Virus record (IMG/VR): IMGVR_UViG_2537561977_000008
Direction: 5' to 3' (one strand)
DNA length: 14,425 nt
Origin: a virus
Taxonomy: Duplodnaviria; Heunggongvirae; Uroviricota; Caudoviricetes
The notes beneath the pieces were generated by a model. That model saw only the letters and a list, made by a program, of their open reading frames with translations, had not been told where the DNA came from and did not search any database. Below are positions 7,923-14,425 of this stretch, piece after piece; positions within the stretch are counted from its first letter, which is position 1; every line of letters begins with the position of its first letter. Made by a program: the position numbers and the translations under genes.

Positions 7923-8418
7923 ATGAGTATGGTTGCCAGAACTGAACCCGGCCCCGCAGAGGACGACATCACCGACACCGAAGATGGCGATACCCGTATT
8001 TCAGCGGGTGCATTCTGGCCGGATATTGTGCTGCGCGAGCTGCGTCTGGCGGTACGACGTGCCGGGCCGCGTGACCACCTCCCGCCTGCTGCATACCGCC
8101 ACCGGGGCCGTGGCACACGTTACCCGCGAGCCGGAAGCATGGCAGCAGGAACAGCAGGCGGCTGGCCATCAGACGCTGGCCGATGTTCCGGCACCCGTAA
8201 TTAACGGAGAAAGCGTCAATCTCTGGCACTGGCGCAATGCTGTTTATACCGCCACACGCGCCCTGATTCTGGAGCGTTACCGCGATGCGGACACAACGGA
8301 CAAGGGCGACCGCCGGGCGGACGCACTGGATATACAGACATCGGATTTGTGGCGCGATGTGAGCTGGGCCATCTCTGACATTCTGTGCCGCCCGCGAATC
8401 TTTGCGGAGTTGTGCTGA
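7923..8418 (+). pseudogene. L: Head completion/stabilisation protein (P2 gpL-like), frameshifted
   Basis: The N-terminal frame (…FWPDIVLRELRLAV) matches P2 L (FFPDIDPKRVRERMRLEQTV). The C-terminal two-thirds lies in the +1 frame (…LADVPAPVINGESVNLWHWRNAV...ERYRDADTTDKGDRRADALDIQTSDLWRDVSWAI...; P2: LADVPADDIDGESIKVFYYERAV...ERYRGVDATAKGDKKADSIDSTIDELWRDMRWAV). The frame switch is somewhere in 8050-8085. Confidence 0.75.
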
Positions 8419-8613
8419 TGAAAGTGAAGGCACTGGAAGGCGACACCGTGGATTCGCTCTGTTTCCGGTACTACGGCACGACGCAGGGCGTCACCGAAAA
8501 GGTGCTGGATGCCAACCCCGGACTCTGCCGACAGGTATTTCTGGAAGCCGGACAGGAGGTGGAAATGCCGGAGTCGGAGAAGAAAACAACGAGAGATGAT
8601 ACAGCTATGGTAA
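8418..8613 (+). CDS. X: Tail protein X (P2 gpX-like); as given it reads through in frame into the holin, and a 1-nt insertion in an A-run is suspected
   Basis: ATG 8418 overlaps the L stop (TGATG). MKVKALEGDTVDSLCFRYYGTTQGVTEKVLDANPGL matches recalled P2 X (MKTFALQGDTLDAICVRYYGRTEGVVETVLAANPGL). The expected C-terminus (…EMIQLW, stop TAA 8611-8613 overlapping the holin ATG) is in the +1 frame after the AAAA run at 8582-8585. Confidence 0.55.
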
Positions 8614-8909
8614 CAGGTTTTTTTCAGCGGGTGAGTGACTGGATCACCTTCTGGGCATCAGTCACAGCCACCACAATAGGCGTGATGACCATCAGTGAAA
8701 AAATCGCCCTTGCCGGGTTGTTACTCGGTTCTCTGTCTGCATTACATGCCTGGCGACATCGCCGCCTGATGGAAACCGCCATGCAGCGTCGCAATGAACT
8801 CATCGCCAGTATCCTGGCGCAGTCAGACGCACGGCCACTTCACGACAGTGAGCGTCAGGCTCTGAACATTCTGCGGGATAACGATACACATGATAAAGCT
8901 GCCCGTTAA
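8607..8909 (+). CDS. Class II holin (two TM segments; pinholin-like), about 100 aa
   Basis: ATG 8607 sits in an ATGGTAA overlap with the presumed X stop. There are two hydrophobic segments (WITFWASVTATTIGVMTI and IALAGLLLGSLSALHAW) followed by a highly charged C-terminal tail. It lies immediately upstream of a SAR-type endolysin. Confidence 0.6.
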   Translation: MVTGFFQRVSDWITFWASVTATTIGVMTISEKIALAGLLLGSLSALHAWRHRRLMETAMQRRNELIASILAQSDARPLHDSERQALNILRDNDTHDKAAR

Positions 8910-9456
8910 ACGTTACGCCGTAGCCGCCATTGTGGCGCTGGGGTTCTCCATTGCCCCTCACAAACTCCGGACCAGCCCGGAAGCGCAAATCCGCATTGCC
9001 ACATGGGAGGACTGTCGCGCAACGCCTTACCGGGATATTGCCGGGGTAATGACCGTGGGGTGCGGCTCGACCGGGCATGTGGAAAATCGTCTGTACACCG
9101 AAACGGAAGTCGCCGGGCGCTGGGTTAATGATATGCAACATGCAGAAAACTGCATAAATCAGAACTTCAGCGGCAACGCCATGCCACAGTCCGCGTTTGA
9201 GGCAATGACAGATGCCGCCTTTAATCTTGGATGCAGAAATCTTATGTGGTTCAGGGATAAGAACCGTAACTACCACCGCACCACTATCTGGAAACATGCA
9301 CAGGCGCACAACTGGCCTGACATGTGCAACAGACTGACTGACTTCGTGAACAGCGGCGGCGAACGCTCACAGGGACTGGTTAACCGTCGTACTGATTTTC
9401 GTGCATGGTGCTTACGTGACACCGGAGGCCAGTCAAGAAAGTGCGTTACATCCTGA
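8890..9456 (+). CDS. SAR endolysin, glycoside hydrolase family 24 (T4/lambda-R type lysozyme), 188 aa
   Basis: N-terminal signal-anchor-like hydrophobic stretch (YAVAAIVALGFSIA) followed by the GH24 catalytic signature E...D...T (ATWEDCRATPYRDIAGVMTVGCGSTGH). This is not the P2 gpK type. Confidence 0.8.
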   Translation: MIKLPVKRYAVAAIVALGFSIAPHKLRTSPEAQIRIATWEDCRATPYRDIAGVMTVGCGSTGHVENRLYTETEVAGRWVNDMQHAENCINQNFSGNAMPQSAFEAMTDAAFNLGCRNLMWFRDKNRNYHRTTIWKHAQAHNWPDMCNRLTDFVNSGGERSQGLVNRRTDFRAWCLRDTGGQSRKCVTS

Positions 9457-9908
9457 TGATGGCACTGACCGTCCTCACGCTGCTGACCATAACACTCTGG
9501 CAGACATTCAGACTGGGGCAGGAAGACGGACACAACCGTTATACACAGGCGCAACTGGACGATTACAGCCGGACCCTGAAAGAGGCCGGCACCATCATCA
9601 GCACCGCATCCGGTGTACTGCGTGACGTCATGACAGCGCGCCAGAACCGACAACAGGAAGGGGAAATCCGACGTGAACAGCTACGCAACGATATCACGAC
9701 AGATGCATGTGCCCGCGCTGTTCCTGACGCTCGCTTTACTGAGCGGTTGCACCAGCACGCAGAACGCGTCCGCGCCGCCGCCGTCGTTCCGTTTCATCCC
9801 GGAAGGGCTGACCGCCCCCGTACTTCCCCCGCCGTTTCCGGTGACGCCATCATGGGGAAACATCGGGATATGGAGCGACAGCCTCATGGACGCACTGGAA
9901 ACCTGTAA
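9441..9908 (+). CDS. i-spanin (Rz/LysB-like inner-membrane spanin subunit)
   Basis: N-terminal TM helix (ILMMALTVLTLLTITLW) followed by a charged periplasmic region. The o-spanin gene is embedded in its 3' half in another frame. The start could be GTG 9441 (GGAGG upstream) or ATG 9456. Confidence 0.6.
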   Translation: MRYILMMALTVLTLLTITLWQTFRLGQEDGHNRYTQAQLDDYSRTLKEAGTIISTASGVLRDVMTARQNRQQEGEIRREQLRNDITTDACARAVPDARFTERLHQHAERVRAAAVVPFHPGRADRPRTSPAVSGDAIMGKHRDMERQPHGRTGNL

Positions 9909-9993
9909 CGCCGATAAGCGGGCCATTGAATTACTGGAACAGCGCAGGCTGCAACGACTGAACAACGAGGACAACAACCATGCTGAAAACTGA
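9673..9993 (+). CDS. o-spanin (Rz1/LysC-like outer-membrane lipoprotein), overlapping the i-spanin gene
   Basis: Lipoprotein signal with lipobox (FLTLALLSGC), a Pro-rich mature region, and the typical overlapped architecture inside and extending past the i-spanin gene. An alternative start is ATG 9703. Confidence 0.65.
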   Translation: MNSYATISRQMHVPALFLTLALLSGCTSTQNASAPPPSFRFIPEGLTAPVLPPPFPVTPSWGNIGIWSDSLMDALETCNADKRAIELLEQRRLQRLNNEDNNHAEN

Positions 9994-10446
9994 TTCCCTG
10001 CGTGAAGCCATGACCCGTTCATGCCGGTGGTGTCATGCCAACCCGGAAAAATTCACCATTTTCGTGGAGAGCGGCAACATTGAAACGACCGGAGAAACCC
10101 CATCGTTTGTTTACCGCTATCAGATAGTGATGTTTGTCATGGATTACGCCGGAGAGCTGGACGACCTCACGCTGCCGCTGCTGGCGTGGTTATCCGAAAA
10201 TCAGCCACAGTTGTTGCTCAATCCGGAGCGTAATCAGGACATCAAATTTTCCGCCGTTATCAATGACGATGACAGCGCCGATCTCCTGTTTACGCTCCCC
10301 CTGCGGGAACGCGTTCGCATCACGCGCAGCAGTCAGGGCACACCGCAGGCAGAACACCTGCCGGAGCCAAAACCCCGCCTGCCCTCTTCCGAAGGCGACT
10401 GGTCGCATGTATTCCAGGATGTGACGTGGGGGAAAGCGATGGATAA
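9980..10446 (+). CDS. R: Tail completion protein R (P2 gpR-like); as given it reads through into S, probably because of a 1-nt deletion in a G5 run
   Basis: The N-terminus (MLKTDSLREAMT...KFTIFVESGNIETT...LPLLAWLSENQP) matches recalled P2 R. As given, the frame continues without a stop into the S-like sequence (one 364-aa ORF, 9980-11074). Adding one G to the run at 10428-10432 would end R at TAA 10444-10446, overlapping the S ATG (ATGGATAA). Confidence 0.6.
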
Positions 10447-11074
10447 GGCATTCACCCGCGTGGATGAAACCTTTGAGGCTATCCGCGACAGCCTGAATCA
10501 GCAGGCCATTAATAACATCGCCAGAAAGCTGGCACAGGATTTACGCCGCGCCCAGCAGGCGCGTATCCGGTCACAGAAAGCGCCGGACGGGACCGCATGG
10601 ACACCACGCAGACGCCGCGTAACCCGGATACAGGAGCGCATTCGCTTTATCTGGAATAACGAAGCACGCACGCTGAAAAACTGGCATCACGACACGGGGA
10701 AATACGGGCGAACCATCACCGGGTGGGATGAGGATAAAAACAATATCCGCACGTTTTACCGGGATGACATCGACCGTTTTCTGGAAATACGCACCCGGCG
10801 CATCAACCAGGACAGCACCAGGCGCGTCTCCATGTTCGTAAAACTGCGCACCGCCCGCTACCTGAAAGCCCGTGCAGATGCTTCCGGTGTGACGGTGGGT
10901 TACAGCGGCGTGGCCGCACGTATTGCACGCGTTCATCAGTTCGGTGAGCGCGATCAGGTTGCGCCGGGCATTTTCACCGATTACCCGGTACGTGAGCTGC
11001 TGGGTATCAGCCAGGCAGATGAGCGCCTGATTTATAACACGGTGCTGGGCAGGATTGCGGAGGCTGTACGATGA
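10439..11074 (+). CDS. S: Tail completion / virion morphogenesis protein S (P2 gpS-like)
   Basis: Internal ATG at 10439. The C-terminal region (…VGYSGVAARIARVHQFGERDQVAPG...YPVRELLGIS) is typical of the phage virion morphogenesis (gpS) family. The stop overlaps the V start (ATGA at 11071). Confidence 0.6.
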   Translation: MDKAFTRVDETFEAIRDSLNQQAINNIARKLAQDLRRAQQARIRSQKAPDGTAWTPRRRRVTRIQERIRFIWNNEARTLKNWHHDTGKYGRTITGWDEDKNNIRTFYRDDIDRFLEIRTRRINQDSTRRVSMFVKLRTARYLKARADASGVTVGYSGVAARIARVHQFGERDQVAPGIFTDYPVRELLGISQADERLIYNTVLGRIAEAVR

Positions 11075-11652
11075 GCGCAGAACTCATGCGACTGCTGAGC
11101 AATATCATCCGCACCGGGATCATCTCTGAAGTTGATGAGGAATCCTGGTGCGTGCGCGTTCGCAGCGGCGAACTGGAAACAGGCTGGCTGCGCTGGAACA
11201 CCACGCGCGCGGGAGACTTCAACGTGTGGTTTCCGCCATCACCAGGCGAACAGGTGGCAATTGCCTGCATCGGCGGCAACCCGGAAACCGCCATGATAAT
11301 CGGCAGCCTGTGGAGTGATGCCATTCCGGCACCCGGCAAAAGCCTGAAAGAAATCGTGGTCAGCGCGCCGGACGGCGCGGTGTTCCGCTACGACGCGGAC
11401 GCAGGCGCACTGAGCGCAAGCGGCATGAAAACGGCCACTTTGCAGGCATCCATCAGCGTGACACTGAACACGCCTGTCGTGGAATGCACAGACCTTCTGA
11501 GAACAGCGACGCTTGACGTCACAAAAGGGGGAACGATGAGCGGCAATATCACGCACAGCGGCGGCGATTTCACCTCAAACGGCATCACAGTGCATACGCA
11601 TAAGCACGGTGGCGTTAAAGGTGGCAGCGATTCGACAGGAGGCCCGCAGTGA
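11071..11652 (+). CDS. V: Baseplate assembly / spike protein V (P2 gpV-like), 193 aa
   Basis: IRTGIISEVDEE...FPPSPGEQVAIACIGG...KGGTMSGNITHSGGDFTSNGITVHTHKH matches recalled P2 V (IRTGIIVETD...APSVGEQVLILAVGG...KGGTMRGNIEHTGGELSSNGKVLHTHKH). Confidence 0.85.
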   Translation: MSAELMRLLSNIIRTGIISEVDEESWCVRVRSGELETGWLRWNTTRAGDFNVWFPPSPGEQVAIACIGGNPETAMIIGSLWSDAIPAPGKSLKEIVVSAPDGAVFRYDADAGALSASGMKTATLQASISVTLNTPVVECTDLLRTATLDVTKGGTMSGNITHSGGDFTSNGITVHTHKHGGVKGGSDSTGGPQ

Positions 11653-11999
11653 CAACCCGCTACACAGGAATGAACCCGGACGGGACGGGAAACCTGAACG
11701 ATATGGCGCACCTGAAACAGTCAGTCAGGGACATCCTGACCACCCCGCTGGCAAGCCGGGTTATGCGACGGGAATATGGCAGCCTTGTGCCTGATTTGAT
11801 TGACGAACCCATGAATAACACCACGCGTCTGCAATGCATGAGTGCTACCGTGATTGCACTGACACGATGGGAACCACGCATTGCCCTGAACGCCATCGAC
11901 GTTGTCTGGAAGGCAGGAGGCCACGCCGGGGTGACGCTGTCGGGCACTGTCATGCAGACCATGCAGAATGTTGAATTAACCATCACGCTGAGGGAGTAA
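11649..11999 (+). CDS. W: Baseplate protein W (P2 gpW / gp25-like), 116 aa
   Basis: GTG start overlaps the V stop (GTGA). Size and position between V and J match P2 W. Confidence 0.8.
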   Translation: MTTRYTGMNPDGTGNLNDMAHLKQSVRDILTTPLASRVMRREYGSLVPDLIDEPMNNTTRLQCMSATVIALTRWEPRIALNAIDVVWKAGGHAGVTLSGTVMQTMQNVELTITLRE

Positions 12000-12002
12000 A
12001 TC

Positions 12003-12899
12003 ATGCCTGCCGTTGACCTTTCCCAGTTACCGGAACCCGCCATCATCGCGGAGCCTGACTTTGAGGCAATTCTGGCTGACACAAAGGCCATGATGATTGC
12101 AGCTTATCCCGCCGAACAGCGTGAAGTCGTCTCCGCCGCACTGGAACTGGAATCGGAACCCCTGAACGTTATCGCTCAAACCATGTCGTTTCGTGAAATG
12201 CTGTTACGCCAGCGGGTCAATGAGGCCGCACGCGCCTGCATGTTGAGCCACAGCGCCGGAACAGACCTGGACAACCTCGCGGGCAATATGAACACAAAGC
12301 GCCTGGTTATCACTCCGGCAACGGATACCACCGACGTGGTGATGGAGAACGACACCTCGCTGAGACTGCGGGCGCAGCGGGCGTATGACGGCCTGAGTGT
12401 TGCAGGCCCGTCAGGCGCATACGAGTATTTTGCCCGCAGCGCCAGCGGTCTGGTGCGCGATGCGCGGGCCATCAGTCCGTCTCCGGCAAATGTGACGGTT
12501 TCCATCCTGTCCACTGAGGGCGACGGCACAGCAACGGAGGCGTTGCTTAATACCGTTCGCGCCGTTCTGAATGCAGAGGATACCCGCCCGGTGGCCGACC
12601 GCCTGACCGTACAGAGTGCCAGAATCGTGACATGGCGGCTGAATGCAAAACTGTACTTTTACCCCGGTCCGGAATCCGAACCTATTCTGGCTGCGGCTGA
12701 ATCGTCGTTCAGGAAGTGGCTGGCTGAGCAGGGGCTTATCGGTCAGGACGTGGCGTTGTCCGCCATTGCTGCCGCACTGCATGTGCACGGTGTGCAACGC
12801 GTGGAGATAATCGAACCCACACAGAATATGGCCATCAGCGACATACAGGCGGCGCGCTGTGAGTCATTCACCATCAGCGAAGGTGGGCGTAATGAGTAA
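12003..12899 (+). CDS. J: Baseplate assembly protein J (P2 gpJ-like), 298 aa
   Basis: AGGGAG RBS upstream. Size and synteny (V-W-J-I) match P2 J. Confidence 0.85.
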   Translation: MPAVDLSQLPEPAIIAEPDFEAILADTKAMMIAAYPAEQREVVSAALELESEPLNVIAQTMSFREMLLRQRVNEAARACMLSHSAGTDLDNLAGNMNTKRLVITPATDTTDVVMENDTSLRLRAQRAYDGLSVAGPSGAYEYFARSASGLVRDARAISPSPANVTVSILSTEGDGTATEALLNTVRAVLNAEDTRPVADRLTVQSARIVTWRLNAKLYFYPGPESEPILAAAESSFRKWLAEQGLIGQDVALSAIAAALHVHGVQRVEIIEPTQNMAISDIQAARCESFTISEGGRNE

Positions 12900-13422
12900 T
12901 TCACTGTTACCACCATCAGCCAGCAATTTCATGCGTTGTGCCGAAGCCGTCGGAACACGCATTACAGACATTCCGGCAGACCTCAACACGCTGTGGTCGC
13001 CGGACACCTGCCCGGTGCATCTGCTGCCTTATCTCGCCTGGGCGTTTTCCGTTGACCGCTGGGATCGCAACTGGCCGGAAGAGACAAAGCGACAGGTGAT
13101 TCGTGATGCATGGCTGATACACCGACACAAAGGAACCATCAGCGCCCTGCGACGGGCCATTGAGCCGCTGGGATACCTCATTCGCGTGTCTGAGTGGTGG
13201 GAGTTCAACGGCGAACCCGGAACATTCAAGATTGATGTTGGCACGCTGGACAGTGGCGTGACGGAGGAAATGTATCTGGAAATGGAGCGGTTGATTGCTG
13301 ATGCCCGCCCGGTCAGCCGCCACATGACAGGGCTGAATATCATTCAGGAGATTCAGGGAGATATTTTCGCGGCAGCAGCAACTTACGACGGTGAAGTCAT
13401 TACCATTTATCCGGACGATTAA
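12892..13422 (+). CDS. I: Tail/baseplate protein I (P2 gpI-like), 176 aa
   Basis: Start is taken at ATG 12892, overlapping the J stop (MSNSLLPPSASNF...), rather than the longer in-frame ORF start at 12859. Size and synteny match P2 I. Confidence 0.8.
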   Translation: MSNSLLPPSASNFMRCAEAVGTRITDIPADLNTLWSPDTCPVHLLPYLAWAFSVDRWDRNWPEETKRQVIRDAWLIHRHKGTISALRRAIEPLGYLIRVSEWWEFNGEPGTFKIDVGTLDSGVTEEMYLEMERLIADARPVSRHMTGLNIIQEIQGDIFAAAATYDGEVITIYPDD

Positions 13423-13424
13423 GC

Positions 13425-14425
13425 ATGAGTACCACAACACGAAAATTTAAAACCATTATCACCGATACGGGTGCAAAAAATTAGCGCAGGCAACCGCGCC
13501 AGATGGGAAACCTGTCCGCCTGACACATATGGCCGTGGGTGACGGCGGCGGTACTTTACCCACGCCAGACAGTAAGCAGACCCGTCTTGTGCATGAGGTG
13601 TGGCGACATACCGTTAATCGCGTCACCCTGGACGCAACACATCAGAACCACATTATTGCGGAGCTGGTTATTCCTCCTGAAACGGGCGGATTCTGGATCC
13701 GGGAAATTGGTGTGTTTGATGAGCACGGCGATTTGATCGCGGTAGGCAATACTGCCGAAAGTTACAAGCCAACCGTTGCCGAAGGATCCGGACGTGCACA
13801 AACATTTCGCACCATTCTGACCGTATCCAGCACTGCCACTGTGGCGCTTACCGTGGATAACACCATGGTGATGGCCACAGTGAATTACGTGGATGACAAA
13901 CTGAAAGAGCATGAACAGTCACGACGTCACCCGGACGCCTCGCTGACCGCAAAAGGCCTTGTCCAGCTCAGCAACGCCACCAACAGCACGTCTGAAACGC
14001 TGGCAGCGACACCAAAAGCCGTTAAGGCAGTAATGGATGAAACGAACAAGAAAGCCCCATTAAACAGCCCGGCACTGACCGGAACGCCAACAACACCAAC
14101 TGCGCGACAGGGAACGAATAATACCCAAATCGCAAGCACGGCTTTCGTTATGGCTGCGATTGCCGCACTTGTAGACTCTTCGCCTGATGCACTGAACACA
14201 CTGAACGAGCTGGCGGCGGCGCTGGGCAACGACCCGAATTTTGCGACCACCATGACTAACGCGCTTGCGGGTAAGCAACCGAAAGATGCCACTCTGACGG
14301 CGCTGGCGGGGCTTGCTACTGCGGCAGACAGGTTTCCGTATTTTACGGGGAATGATGTCGCCAGCCTGGCAACCCTGACAAAGTCGGGCGGATATTCTTG
14401 CGAAATCGACCGTTGCCGCCGTTAT
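13425..14425 (+). pseudogene. H: Tail fibre protein H (P2 gpH-like), N-terminal part; 3' end outside the window; frameshifted by homopolymer deletions
   Basis: ATG 13425 gives MSTTTRKFKTIITDTGAKN then stops at TAG 13482-13484. The -1 frame continues as LAQATAPDGKPVRLTHMAVGDGGG...IAELVIPPETGGFW...HEQSRRHPDASLTAKG...LAATPKAVK... to the window end, closely matching recalled P2 H. The shift is at the A6 run at 13475-13480. The last ~30 nt show two more single-base losses (ACAAAG and GGGCGG versus the expected ACAAAAG and GGGCGGG). Confidence 0.8.

Noticed and set aside
6072-8446. Several 70-170-aa minus-strand ORFs (e.g. 6072-6539, 7601-8116, 7969-8433)
   Set aside because: All are antisense to conserved N, M and L coding sequence, with no independent support.
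5928-8613. Programmed ribosomal frameshifting as the explanation for the split capsid, terminase and X genes
   Set aside because: The breaks are in unrelated genes, both +1 and -1, with no slippery heptanucleotide or downstream structure. The only programmed frameshift I know of in P2-like phages is E/E', which is outside this window.
13556-14292. Minus-strand ORFs of 118 and 121 aa (13556-13912, 13927-14292)
   Set aside because: Both are antisense to the well-conserved tail fibre H coding sequence. Shadow ORFs.
1-14425. tRNA genes, integrase, att sites or IS elements
   Set aside because: No cloverleaf-like sequence, recombinase ORF or terminal inverted repeat was seen. The prophage ends (int/ogr sides) are outside this window.

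Overview
This window is the late (morphogenesis and lysis) region of a P2-like (Peduovirus-type) prophage of an enterobacterium, preceded by about 1.6 kb of non-P2 cargo DNA. Gene order, left to right: a ParM/ParR-like partition pair (parM is 5'-truncated by the window edge); a tightly coupled four-gene operon of small proteins, the first carrying a ClpX-type C4 zinc-binding domain; an AT-rich non-coding region with phased TGCACAA repeats that probably holds cos; then portal Q and terminase large P on the minus strand, diverging from O (scaffold), N (major capsid), M (terminase small), L (head completion), X, a two-TM holin, a SAR-type GH24 endolysin, overlapping i-/o-spanins, tail completion R and S, baseplate V, W, J, I and the start of tail fibre H on the plus strand. 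The most striking feature is that many conserved structural genes (P, N, M, L, X, R, H) are broken by 1-nt indels in homopolymer runs, while Q, O, the endolysin, V, W, J and I read through cleanly. This means either a homopolymer-error-prone assembly or a decaying, non-inducible prophage remnant. The most likely candidate for something undescribed is the cargo operon at 631-1623. All homology statements rest on recalled protein sequences (P2, R1 ParM/ParR, E. coli ClpX); no alignment or database search was run.
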